This document shows, one piece after another, positions 30,547-41,378 of a DNA stretch of 55,689 bases (positions are counted from its first letter, which is position 1; each line of letters begins with the position of its first letter). The position numbers and the translations under genes are program-made. The stretch is from an uncultured Prevotella sp. (lineage in GTDB: Bacteria > Bacteroidota > Bacteroidia > Bacteroidales > Bacteroidaceae): NCBI GenBank assembly GCA_937892695.1, contig CALBJK010000071.1, forward strand, positions 1-55,689, written 5' to 3'. The notes beneath the pieces are model-generated. The model saw only the letters and a list, made by a program, of their open reading frames with translations, did no database searches and was not told the origin of the DNA.

Positions 30547-30584
30547 TGCATTGATAACATTCTTTGAATTTAAAAATTGAATAA

Positions 30585-31250
30585 ATGGCAAAGTTTGATA
30601 AATTTTCAGTTATAAGCAAAGTGGCCGAAACCCGCATGGTCCCGGTATTCTACAACAAAGACGTTGAGGTTGCAAAACATGTCGTAAAGGCATGTTACGA
30701 CGGCGGAGTCCGCGCTTTCGAGTTTACCAACCGTGGCGATTTGGCACATGAGGTGTTCCGCGAATTGGTTGTTTACGCTGCAGCCGAGTGTCCCGAACTG
30801 GCTCTTGGAGTCGGTTCTATAGTCGATGCTCCCACTGCCTCACTCTACATGCAGCTTGGGGCTTGCTTTGTAGTAGGTCCTCTGTTCAACCCCGACGTGG
30901 CCAAGGTGTGCAACCGCCGCCTTGTTCCCTACATTCCCGGATGCGGAAGCGTCACCGAAGTAGGGTTCGCACAAGAGGCCGGATGCGACATCTGTAAGAT
31001 ATTCCCGGGCGACGTGCTTTCGCCAAAGATGGTGAAGGGTATGCTCGCTCCCTTGCCGTGGTCTAAACTGATGATAACCGGCGGCGTGGCTCCGACCGAG
31101 GAGAATCTGACCGAATGGTTCAAGGCCGGTGCCTATTGTGTCGGCATGGGTTCTAAGCTATTCCCCAAGGACAAGGTTGCAGCACAAGACTGGCAATACG
31201 TGGTCGATAAGTGTCGCGAAGCTCTCGGCATAATAGCCAAAGCCAAGTGA
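30585..31250 (+). CDS. eda: KDPG/KHG aldolase
   Basis: [39 protein letters not shown]. Confidence 0.92.
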   Translation: MAKFDKFSVISKVAETRMVPVFYNKDVEVAKHVVKACYDGGVRAFEFTNRGDLAHEVFRELVVYAAAECPELALGVGSIVDAPTASLYMQLGACFVVGPLFNPDVAKVCNRRLVPYIPGCGSVTEVGFAQEAGCDICKIFPGDVLSPKMVKGMLAPLPWSKLMITGGVAPTEENLTEWFKAGAYCVGMGSKLFPKDKVAAQDWQYVVDKCREALGIIAKAK

Positions 31251-31351
31251 TTTCATACATGTAAATGTCACATCGGCACATTGTTTGCCGATGGGACATT
31301 TTTGTAAATAATAATCCTGACAAACCCTATAAAACTTAACCACAAACCCAA

Positions 31352-33676
31352 ATGTTTAGCAAAATTCATTTACTGAAATCAACGCTAGTCCTTGCCATTG
31401 CCCTGCTTTTGCCGGCAATATCTTTTGCCAAGGACAATACTGCTGAAGCCAAACAGGTGCGCCGTATCATAGACAAGGTAAACACCTACTGGCAGTCCCA
31501 CAACAAACCCGAAGTGCGCTCGTTCTGGGACAACGCCGCCTACCACACCGGCAACATGGAGGCCTATTTCCTCACAGGCAACGAGAAATACAGGCAGTAT
31601 TCGGAAGCCTGGGCTAAGTTCAACCAGTGGAAAGGGGCGAAAGGCAACGACCGCTCCAAATGGAAGTACAGCTACGGCGAAACCGATGACCATGTGCTGT
31701 TCGGCGACTGGCAGATTTGCTTCCAGACCTACATCGACCTTTACAACCTGATGCCTGTAGATTACAAGATTAAAAGAGCCAAGGAGGTTATAGAATACGA
31801 GATGTCCACTCCGCGCCACGATTATTGGTGGTGGGCCGACGGGCTCTACATGGTGATGCCCGTGATGACAAAACTCTACAAGCAGACCGGCAACGAGCTG
31901 TATCTCGACAAGTTGTACGAATACATCAACTATTCGGACAGTATCATGTACGACAACGAAACAGGACTTTACTTCCGCGATGCAAAATATGTTTACCCAA
32001 AGCACAAGACTCCATCAGGCAAGAAGGATTTCTGGGCACGCGGCGACGGATGGGTGCTTGCCGGACTGGCAAAAGTTATAAAAGACCTGCCCCAAGACTA
32101 TAAGCACCGCCAGTTCTTCGTTGACAAATACAAACGTCTTGCACATGCCGTGGCAGGATTGCAGCAGCCCGACGGCTATTGGACACGTAGCATGATGGAC
32201 CCAGACTTTGCCCCTGGGTCTGAAACCAGCGGCACGGCTTTCTTCACATACGGGCTGCTGTGGGGCATCAACAACGGCTATCTCAGCGAAACCGAATATA
32301 TGCCAGTTGTCCACAAAGCATGGGCTTACCTTTCTAAAAAAGCACTTCAAAATGATGGCCGCATAGGATATGTGCAGCCAATAGGCGAAAAGGCCATTCC
32401 AGGACAGGTTGTCGATGCCAACTCGCAAGCCAACTTCGGTGTAGGGGCGTTCCTTCTTGCCGCTTGCGAATACACCCGCTATCTCGAAAAAGGACACAAC
32501 ACCGACCGTGCATATTGGGTGAAACTGCTCTACGACATGGCAGCTCCGGTGCTTAGCAACATGGCAAAAGGTGAGCTGCACAAGAACTTCCGCCTCGAAG
32601 TAAGCCCCAACTGGGACGGACGTGACAAGCGGGTGGCCTTTATGGAATGCTTTGGCCGTCTCATGTCCGGCGTTGCTCCGTGGCTCACCCTGCCCGACGA
32701 TAACACAGCCGAAGGCCAACAGCGCAAGCAGATACGCCAATGGGCGTTGGCCAGCTATAAGAACGCAGTCGATCCTTCCAGCCCCGATTACCTGCTGTGG
32801 CGCGGACACGGACAGGCTCTTGTGGATGCGGCTTACATAGCCGAGAGCTTCCTCCGCGCCTACGACCAGCTGTGGATACCGCTCGACGAAAACACAAAAA
32901 AACGCTACATAGAGGAGTTCACGCAGCTCCGCCGCGTCGATCCGCCTTACACCAACTGGCTTTTGTTCTCTTCGACAATAGAGAGCTTCCTCTTCAAAGC
33001 CGGAGCTGAGGGTGACGAATACCGCGTCAACTCGGCCATACGTAAAACCGAAGAGTGGTATGCCGGCGACGGATGGTATTCTGACGGTCCGATATTTGCC
33101 TTCGACTATTACAGCAGCTACGTGTTCCATCCAATGTATCTCGAAACGCTCCAAGCCATGAAGGATTCTAAGCGCTACACACGCATCGACTACCGCAAAT
33201 ATTACGACCGCGCCCTTCGCCGTGCACAGAAGGCCAGCATCATCCTCGAACGCTTCATATCGCCCGAAGGAACGTTCCCTGTTTTCGGCCGTTCTATCAC
33301 ATACCGCATGGCTACAATGCAACCCCTCGCACTTATGGCGTGGTACAAGAAGCTGCCCGAAGGACTGTCTAACGGACAAGTGCGCTCTGCCCTCACGGCT
33401 GTGCTGCACCGTATGTTCGACAACACAGGCAACATGAAAGACGGCTTCCTCACCATAGGTTTCTGCGGAAGCCAGCCTGACGTGGCCGACTGGTACACCA
33501 ACAACGGCAGCCTCTACATGACATCGCTGTCGTTCCTGCCACTCGGCCTGCCTTCCACCGACCCATTCTGGACCGACGCTCCGCAAGAGTGGACATCGAA
33601 GAAAGCATGGTCTGGCAAGCCGTTCCCTAAGGATCACGCTTGGAAAGATCAAATCAAGACATGGGATCTGTTCTGA
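31352..33676 (+). CDS. Exported fusion of GH105 unsaturated uronyl hydrolase and DUF2264 (GH154-like) domain
   Basis: Signal peptide; N-terminal half WWWADGLYM, FWARGDGW, ETSGTAFF, FGVGAFLLA; C-terminal half DRAYW, ECFGRLMSGVAPWL, NWLLFS, YAGDGWYSDG, GRSITYR, YTNNGSLY. Confidence 0.85.
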   Translation: MFSKIHLLKSTLVLAIALLLPAISFAKDNTAEAKQVRRIIDKVNTYWQSHNKPEVRSFWDNAAYHTGNMEAYFLTGNEKYRQYSEAWAKFNQWKGAKGNDRSKWKYSYGETDDHVLFGDWQICFQTYIDLYNLMPVDYKIKRAKEVIEYEMSTPRHDYWWWADGLYMVMPVMTKLYKQTGNELYLDKLYEYINYSDSIMYDNETGLYFRDAKYVYPKHKTPSGKKDFWARGDGWVLAGLAKVIKDLPQDYKHRQFFVDKYKRLAHAVAGLQQPDGYWTRSMMDPDFAPGSETSGTAFFTYGLLWGINNGYLSETEYMPVVHKAWAYLSKKALQNDGRIGYVQPIGEKAIPGQVVDANSQANFGVGAFLLAACEYTRYLEKGHNTDRAYWVKLLYDMAAPVLSNMAKGELHKNFRLEVSPNWDGRDKRVAFMECFGRLMSGVAPWLTLPDDNTAEGQQRKQIRQWALASYKNAVDPSSPDYLLWRGHGQALVDAAYIAESFLRAYDQLWIPLDENTKKRYIEEFTQLRRVDPPYTNWLLFSSTIESFLFKAGAEGDEYRVNSAIRKTEEWYAGDGWYSDGPIFAFDYYSSYVFHPMYLETLQAMKDSKRYTRIDYRKYYDRALRRAQKASIILERFISPEGTFPVFGRSITYRMATMQPLALMAWYKKLPEGLSNGQVRSALTAVLHRMFDNTGNMKDGFLTIGFCGSQPDVADWYTNNGSLYMTSLSFLPLGLPSTDPFWTDAPQEWTSKKAWSGKPFPKDHAWKDQIKTWDLF

Positions 33677-33703
33677 TTATGGTTTCCTAAAACAACGATA
33701 GAT

Positions 33704-33739
33704 AAAAGGCTGACACCGATAAAAGGAGTCAGCCTTTTT
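33704..33739 (+). terminator. Intrinsic terminator of the uronate operon
   Basis: AAAAGGCTGAC / GTCAGCCTTTT stem. Confidence 0.8.
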
Positions 33740-33883
33740 GTTTTACCCTAACACCGCATCATAATATTAATGACGGTTAGCTGTTAGAAACGCGCCGGAG
33801 TAGTCCGACCGATTAGTATTGTCCGCAAAATTCACATATTGTCATCCAGCCTATATCAAATGCGTAATCTACGTGTTACTTCC

Positions 33884-33908
33884 AGACGCACAAGACGTGC
33901 GTCCCTAC
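33884..33908 (-). repeat. GTAG-family REP-like palindrome (copy 2)
   Basis: Minus strand GTAG-GGACGCACG-TCT-TGTGCGTCT; same 4+9+3+9 geometry as 6210-6234. Confidence 0.65.
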
Positions 33909-33947
33909 GAGTTGGTGTTTTTTTAGTCGGGCATAATCGAAAACAAG

Positions 33948-33989
33948 AATGCCGCCGGACGCAGTTTTCCACATCCGGCGGCATTTTTT
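33948..33989 (-). terminator. Terminator downstream of the peptidase genes (possibly bidirectional)
   Basis: AATGCCGCCGGA / TCCGGCGGCATT stem flanked by A-rich and T-rich runs. Confidence 0.75.
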
Positions 33990-34018
33990 ATTCTGTTACC
34001 TTTCGCTTTAATCAATAA

Positions 34019-35251
34019 TCAATCGGTCACTGTCTTTTTCTTCAGAGCGTCTTCCATTTTCTTGAGAATGTCCTTAGGAACTGCGTTCTTGTTCACCATG
34101 AAGTCCATGGTCTTGTAGATGACATAGTTCTTGGACATATACCAGATGCCCTTATAGTCACCGTACTCGCCCCACGAGTTCTTCACCATGTAGTACTCGC
34201 GTCCGTTCTGGTCCTTGGCAACACCGAAGATGACCATTCCGTGGTCGTCGGTTGTCTCCCAGTTATCGTAAGCCTCCTGACGCATTTCCTGAGTCGGAAC
34301 AATCTCTGGAGCGTTCACGCCGAGCGAATCGAGCTTGTCGTTCTTGGCCGTTGACGACAGACGAAGCCAGCGGGCAGCATCGCTTCCGGCAAGACTCTGC
34401 ACCTTCTTGGTGTCATAGGCAATGCCGAGACCTTTGCGTGTGAAGCCGTCTTCCGACACATCACCGCCCCATGCTACCGTGTAGCCCTTGTCGATGGCGT
34501 TGTCGATGACACGCTTCATATCTTCCATCGGCAGGTTCCAGCTTAGCGGCCAACGCCAGTTGTCCTGCACTTCAACGGCAAACTGCGAATAGAAAGGATG
34601 ATGGGTGTAGCTCGTGATTGTGAGATAGTCGTTCAGATTGATACCAAGACTTGCAGCGAAACTTTTCGGGGTATAAGTCTTGCCTTCATACTTGAACGAC
34701 TCAGGACACTTACCCAGATAAGCGTCGAGAATGCCCTGCAGTCCCTTCTTCCATACCGGAGTGAGTTTCTTTCCTTTTGCATCCTTTACGACAGCGGCCA
34801 TATAGGGTTCCATCACGCTGAAAAACTCGTTGAAATTGGCCAGAGAGTCGCCTTGGAGCGAACCAGGGAAAGGCATTGCATCCTCAGGAATGATGCCATA
34901 GTTCTGCAGACAATAGAGAACATCGTAGGACGAACCTCCCTGTGAGAACGATACGTCACCGTGCATACGGGCAGCCTTGATGGCACGGTCCATATAAGTC
35001 TTATTGGCGACGAACATTTCGTTAAGGTCGTATGTCTTTCCTGTAGCTTTGAGTATTTCATCCTCGAAAAAGCCCAGTGTGGAGTAGGCCCAACACGTGC
35101 CGCTACGGTTCTGGTCCTTGATACTTGTAATTGGATTTGATTTGATTGTTGTGAAGACAGGCTTGTTCTTGTTGTCTGCCTTTTTGTCTTGCGCGTAGGC
35201 ACTGCCGCCTATTACAAGTGCTGCGAGAGCCATTGTAAGAATTTGTTTCAT
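34019..35251 (-). CDS. Exported C1 family cysteine aminopeptidase (PepC-like)
   Basis: Signal peptide (AYA|Q); QNRSGTCW, TDDHGM, VKNSWG. Confidence 0.9.
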   Translation of the reverse strand: MKQILTMALAALVIGGSAYAQDKKADNKNKPVFTTIKSNPITSIKDQNRSGTCWAYSTLGFFEDEILKATGKTYDLNEMFVANKTYMDRAIKAARMHGDVSFSQGGSSYDVLYCLQNYGIIPEDAMPFPGSLQGDSLANFNEFFSVMEPYMAAVVKDAKGKKLTPVWKKGLQGILDAYLGKCPESFKYEGKTYTPKSFAASLGINLNDYLTITSYTHHPFYSQFAVEVQDNWRWPLSWNLPMEDMKRVIDNAIDKGYTVAWGGDVSEDGFTRKGLGIAYDTKKVQSLAGSDAARWLRLSSTAKNDKLDSLGVNAPEIVPTQEMRQEAYDNWETTDDHGMVIFGVAKDQNGREYYMVKNSWGEYGDYKGIWYMSKNYVIYKTMDFMVNKNAVPKDILKKMEDALKKKTVTD

Positions 35252-35282
35252 TGTTTTATTATTCAGTTTGTTTTGTTAATTG

Positions 35283-36686
35283 TCAGTTTTCTGCAGCCAT
35301 AAATGCCTCAACATCCTTAGGATGATAAGGTATGCGGTCTTTGCCTATGAAGCGGCATCCGTCCTTGGTGATAAGAACGTCATCCTCGATACGTATTCCG
35401 CCGAAATCTTTATATGTTTCCAATTTGTCGAAGTTGAGGAACTCCTTGCAGTGTCCAGAAGCTTTCCACGAGTCTATGAGCGCAGGGATGAAATAGATGC
35501 CGGGTTCGTCTGTAACTACAAAACCTTCTTCGAGCCGACGTCCCATACGCAGACAGTTGGTGCCGAACTGATCGAGACGAGGACGTGTCTCTTCATCGAA
35601 GCCCACATTTATCTGGTCGAGACTTTCCATGTCGTGTACGTCCATTCCCATCATGTGGCCAAGTCCGTGGGGAAGGAACATGGCATGTGCTCCGGCCTTT
35701 ACGGCCTCGTCGGTATCGCCTTTCATCAGGCCGAGTTCTTTAAGACGATCGGTCATCAGACGGCATACTGCAAAATGAACGTCCATATATTTAACGCCCG
35801 GCTTTGCCACTTCAAGCACATAGTCGTGACAAGCTTCGACAATTGAATAGATTTCGAGCTGACGCTGGCTGTACTTGCCGTTTACCGGATAGGTGCGGGT
35901 GTTGTCTGAGCAGTAGTTGTTAATTGTCTCGGCTCCGGCATCGCAAAGGACAAGTCGTCCCGATTCCAGCACAGCCATCGAAGGATTGCCGTGCATTATC
36001 TCTCCGTGCTGGCTGAAGATGGTCGGGAAACTCACCATTGCTCCATACGAATTGGCAATGCCGTCCACCTGTCCGCCGACGAACTTCTCGGTCACACCCG
36101 GCTTAGTCAGACGCATGGCCGTTGTATGCATCTTGTAGCCTATAACAGCTGCGCGCTCCAGTTCGTCTATCTCCTGCTGTTCTTTTGTCGACCGCATTTT
36201 TACTACAGCCCTTATCAAATCCATGCTTGCGGCTTCTTTCTGCTGTATAGGATGAATGCCAAGCAGGTCGAATATCTGGAGTTTGATGTCATAACGGTAT
36301 GGGGGAAGAAAATGAATCTTGCGCTTCAGCCGCAAGGCATCATTGCAAATGGTCTTCAGAGCCTTCATCGGAGCTGAATGGGCTACGCCAACACTTTCAG
36401 CAAGTGTACTCACACTATCCACGCTACCGTACCACACAATGTCGTCAATATCGATGTCGTCGCCGACAAGCGTCTCGGTGTCGTTGTCAATGTCGATAAC
36501 GCCGACAAGTCCTTCACGATTCAATCCGAAATAATATAGAAACGACGAATCTTGACGGAACGGATAGTAACCGTTGTTGGGGAAATTGCACGGCGAATTG
36601 TTGTTGCCGAACATTATGATTATGCCACCTTTTACAAGTTCTTTCAGCTTAGCGCGGCGGCTTACGTAGGTCGATTTGTCAAACAT
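35283..36686 (-). CDS. pepP: Xaa-Pro aminopeptidase (M24B)
   Basis: FRQDSSFLYYFG, DAGAE..YCSDNTRT, HGLGHMMGMDVHD, TDEPGIYF, GIRIEDD. Confidence 0.92.
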   Translation of the reverse strand: MFDKSTYVSRRAKLKELVKGGIIIMFGNNNSPCNFPNNGYYPFRQDSSFLYYFGLNREGLVGVIDIDNDTETLVGDDIDIDDIVWYGSVDSVSTLAESVGVAHSAPMKALKTICNDALRLKRKIHFLPPYRYDIKLQIFDLLGIHPIQQKEAASMDLIRAVVKMRSTKEQQEIDELERAAVIGYKMHTTAMRLTKPGVTEKFVGGQVDGIANSYGAMVSFPTIFSQHGEIMHGNPSMAVLESGRLVLCDAGAETINNYCSDNTRTYPVNGKYSQRQLEIYSIVEACHDYVLEVAKPGVKYMDVHFAVCRLMTDRLKELGLMKGDTDEAVKAGAHAMFLPHGLGHMMGMDVHDMESLDQINVGFDEETRPRLDQFGTNCLRMGRRLEEGFVVTDEPGIYFIPALIDSWKASGHCKEFLNFDKLETYKDFGGIRIEDDVLITKDGCRFIGKDRIPYHPKDVEAFMAAEN

Positions 36687-36713
36687 ATCTTAAAATTTTG
36701 TATCTCTTAAATG

Positions 36714-36750
36714 CAAAGTTACGCATTTATTACTTAATTATGTATCTTTG
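36714..36750. promoter_or_regulatory. Closely spaced divergent promoters for pepP and the patatin gene
   Basis: Minus strand TAACTTTG (36714-36721) and plus strand TATCTTTG (36743-36750). Confidence 0.6.
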
Positions 36751-36772
36751 TAAGGTTTTTAAAGAGTTTTTC

Positions 36773-37627
36773 ATGCAAATAGACAAGAACACAGGACTTG
36801 TGCTCGAAGGAGGAGGCATGCGCGGAGTATTCACCAGCGGTGTGCTCGACGGCTTCATGAAGTACGAATTATATTTCGACTATGTTGTAGCGGTATCGGC
36901 TGGAGCATGTAACGGTATGTCGTACATGAGCCACCAGCCACGTCGCGCCAGAATATCCAACATCGATTATCTCGCGCGCTACGACTATATCGGACTGCGC
37001 CATCTTGTCACTCAAGGGTGTATATTCGACCAAGAGCTTCTTTACGATAAATTCCCGAACGAATACATTCCATTCGATTTCGATACGTTTTTCAACAACC
37101 CGGCCACATTTGAAATGGTAACGACCAACTGCCAGACAGGCAGGGCGATGTATCTAAGCGAACGCCATGACCGCCAGAGGGCACTCAATGCGGTGAAGGC
37201 TTCGAGCAGTTTGCCATACGTGAGCAAGATTGTATATGTCGACGGCATTCCGATGCTGGATGGTGGAATTGTGGACAGCATTCCGGTGGACAGGGCCGTA
37301 GCCATGGGACATAAAAAAAACGTCGTGATACTGACAAGAAACAAGGGTTTCCGCAATACCGGACACGACCATAAAATTCCCGGCTTTGTCTATAAGAAAT
37401 ACCCTCGTCTGCGCGTGATGCTCAGCCGACGTATTGCCAACTATAACAAACAGCTAGAACACATCGAAGCTCTCGAAGCTGCAGGAGAAATAGAATGTAT
37501 ACGTCCGATCCGCCCTCTAGAAGTGAAACGAATAGAGAAGGACACAGCCAAACTCGAACGCCTCTATGAAGAAGGTCTAGCTTTGGGAATGGACTTCTGC
37601 AAGAACCACGGACTGACGATGAAATAA
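36773..37627 (+). CDS. Patatin-like phospholipase family protein
   Basis: LVLEGGGMRG, AVSAGA, DGG motifs; the ATG at 36773 lies downstream of the -7 box. Confidence 0.88.
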   Translation: MQIDKNTGLVLEGGGMRGVFTSGVLDGFMKYELYFDYVVAVSAGACNGMSYMSHQPRRARISNIDYLARYDYIGLRHLVTQGCIFDQELLYDKFPNEYIPFDFDTFFNNPATFEMVTTNCQTGRAMYLSERHDRQRALNAVKASSSLPYVSKIVYVDGIPMLDGGIVDSIPVDRAVAMGHKKNVVILTRNKGFRNTGHDHKIPGFVYKKYPRLRVMLSRRIANYNKQLEHIEALEAAGEIECIRPIRPLEVKRIEKDTAKLERLYEEGLALGMDFCKNHGLTMK

Positions 37628-37653
37628 TCTTGTTCTCTATTACATCCCTTACT

Positions 37654-37694
37654 AAAAGAAAAGGCCGTACAGCAGAATGCTGCACGGCTCTTTC
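37654..37694. terminator. Probable bidirectional terminator between patatin and gapA
   Basis: Imperfect stem GCCGTACAGCA / TGCTGCACGGC flanked by A-rich and T-rich runs between convergent genes. Confidence 0.65.
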
Positions 37695-37716
37695 TATATT
37701 TTAAAGTCTAATGGGA

Positions 37717-38760
<1,044 letters not shown>

Positions 38761-39121
38761 TTAAGGGTTTTATATAATACCTAAATATTAATCTGAATTA
38801 AGCAGCGTAAGACCGGCATCCGACATTTCGGACAGGACAGCCATTCTTTAGCCGCCTTCTTTTTACGTGTGCAAAGTTACAAAATAAATACCCATCATAA
38901 TGTAGGAGCAATATTAAATATTTATAATACGGACGTACAAATTCTTAAACGTTTTTAACCCGGCCAATTAGGCATTCAATCCTACGCCAGTACAAGCCCC
39001 ACGAACCATAACGTATGGTATCTGTAAACATAATAGCACAATAATGATTGCCTGCCCTCTGTAATCTGGTTATGCTGCATTATGATATGTAACGACACGA
39101 CATACAGACACCCGCTTCCGG

Positions 39122-40972
39122 TTAAAACGGAAACAATAATGGCAGCACTGCCACCATGACAACGCCGATGATAACTTGCAACGGAAGTCCAACCTTTATA
39201 TAATCGGAAAAACTATATTGTCCGGCCTGCATTACAAGCGCGTTAGGCGGCGTAGAAAAAGGCGATGCAAAGCACATGCTTGCCCCTAGAGTGACCGCAA
39301 ACAAGAACGGATACGGGCTTACCCCTATGCCTACAGCTGCAGATAGGGCAATCGGCGACATTAGCACCGCTGTGGCGGTGTTGCTGACGAACATAGTCAA
39401 TAGCGAAGTAGTGAAATAGACACCAGCCAGCAAAGCTGTCGGTCCTATTACTCCAAGGCTACCTACAAGCGACCTGGAAATAAGAGCCGAAATGCCTGTC
39501 TTCTCCAAAGCCACTGACAGTGGCATCATTGCCGCTATAAGTACAATACTTTCCCAATTGATGGTTTTGTATGCCGCCTCGACATTCCGGAGGCAGCCGG
39601 TAACGACCATCAGCACCCCTGCGGCCATTACAGCCGTAACAGGTGCGACGGGAATACTGTCAACCACCATCGTCACGACCATTGCCACCATTATCACAGC
39701 AGCTATGGGAGCTTTGTAGTCGAGGGTGACACGCGAGGCTTCGTCCTGAGGCTGACCAAGAACCACCCAGTGTTCTTCTTCATTACCCAATCTGACGATA
39801 TTAGGCCAAGTACCCTGCACAAGCAGCACGTCGCCAGACTTCATCTTCTCATCGGCCAATGATGTCATAATGTAACGTCCGGAACGACGTATGCCTACAA
39901 CATTAACACTGTACTTCTCGCGAAAGCCAGAATCGCGCACGGCACGGTTTACAAGCCGAGAATTAGGCATGAGAACAATCTCTGCAATACCTACATCGTA
40001 GAATGCCAGAGTACCATTCCTATTGCGTCCAGAAGACCCGGAAAGCAGTTTCAACGAATATTCTGCAGCTAAACGGCGCACGTCATCACGTCGGCCTGAA
40101 AGACAGATTACGTCGCCATCCGACAGTTCGGTCGTTGGCGTAACAGTCTTTTGGGCAGATCTTTTCATCAACGGGGTATGACGGTCGGTGCCGTGACGTA
40201 TTTCAAGCACTGTCAGTCCGAAACGGTTGTGTATGTCGAGGGCTGCAAGGGTCTGCCCTACCGCACTAGAACCAGCTGTAACCACACAACGCGACAGATT
40301 GTCGTCAAGACGGTATTCGCGAACAAGCTGCCCGATCGTCTTGCCGCGCTGCCTACGTCCTCGTCTGTTCTTGCTTACGGAAAGAAACCATCGGCTCAGA
40401 GGCAACATAACCAGTATGCCAACTGCTATGCACACAACACCAATCGGCGTGAAAGAAAAAAAAGACAATGGTGCATATCCGGCTTCGGTCAGTACATCCT
40501 GTATCACGAGGTTGGGAGGCGTACCGATGAGCGTGAGCATGCCACCCATACTTCCAGCAAAAGCCAGAGGCATGAGCATACGTCCGGCATTGATACCCGA
40601 TTTTGAGGCAATGCTCACCACAATGGGCATCATCAACGCCACAGTACCGGTGTTGCTCACAAAAGCTCCTATAAACGCAGTCACAAGCATGACAATAACA
40701 AACAGCCTCGTCTCACTGTCGCCCGCAAGAGCTGTCATCCGGCTACCTATCATTTTGGCAAGACCCGTCTGAAATACGCCCCCACCTACGACAAACAGCC
40801 CCACCATCATTATGACGACCGGATTGGAAAAGCCAGAAAGAGCCTCCTCGGGTGTGAGTACACCCATTAACAACAAAGCAATAAGGGCACATACGGCCAC
40901 AAGGTCGGACCTTACCCTCCCCGAAGCGAACAACGCTGCCGAGACGGCAAGAACAATAAGAGTTTGTATCAT
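39122..40972 (-). CDS. SLC13/CitMHS family permease with two TrkA-C domains
   Basis: SGFSNP, FVSNTGT, TLIGTPPNL, two soluble TrkA-C-like segments, SNTATAVLM, FSTPPNALV. Confidence 0.88.
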   Translation of the reverse strand: MIQTLIVLAVSAALFASGRVRSDLVAVCALIALLLMGVLTPEEALSGFSNPVVIMMVGLFVVGGGVFQTGLAKMIGSRMTALAGDSETRLFVIVMLVTAFIGAFVSNTGTVALMMPIVVSIASKSGINAGRMLMPLAFAGSMGGMLTLIGTPPNLVIQDVLTEAGYAPLSFFSFTPIGVVCIAVGILVMLPLSRWFLSVSKNRRGRRQRGKTIGQLVREYRLDDNLSRCVVTAGSSAVGQTLAALDIHNRFGLTVLEIRHGTDRHTPLMKRSAQKTVTPTTELSDGDVICLSGRRDDVRRLAAEYSLKLLSGSSGRNRNGTLAFYDVGIAEIVLMPNSRLVNRAVRDSGFREKYSVNVVGIRRSGRYIMTSLADEKMKSGDVLLVQGTWPNIVRLGNEEEHWVVLGQPQDEASRVTLDYKAPIAAVIMVAMVVTMVVDSIPVAPVTAVMAAGVLMVVTGCLRNVEAAYKTINWESIVLIAAMMPLSVALEKTGISALISRSLVGSLGVIGPTALLAGVYFTTSLLTMFVSNTATAVLMSPIALSAAVGIGVSPYPFLFAVTLGASMCFASPFSTPPNALVMQAGQYSFSDYIKVGLPLQVIIGVVMVAVLPLLFPF

Positions 40973-41378
40973 ACAGAACTTTTATAAAATGCAAACGAAC
41001 GGCAACAGAGCATGCTCACAATTGTCCGAGAACAACTTATCTTCAACAAAGTTACTTCATTTATGATTCCAAGAAGAATGTCCAAAGCTTTTTTACTTAC
41101 ATTTCTGATATTTTAAGGAGAAGCGTCGGAGTGTCGACATTACTAAAGGTCGACGTAGACAAGTTTTGTTGTTAACTTACGTATGACCCGATATTTTTGT
41201 CTAAATTTGCATTCCGGACGGATAGCCATAACGTACCGTTTGTCAGAAATGCAGGAAGCAGTAATATTGATGGAGAAAGTGGGAAAGACATGAGCCACAA
41301 AATTTCCACCAAGTTGCAAACTGACTGTCACACAGACGAGAGAGACAAGAACCGTCATAACAAAGAACAAGCAGAAAG

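Noticed and set aside
32015..33652. 545-aa antisense ORF opposite the GH105 fusion
   Set aside because: Codon-aligned shadow of a strongly biased gene; no recognisable protein features.
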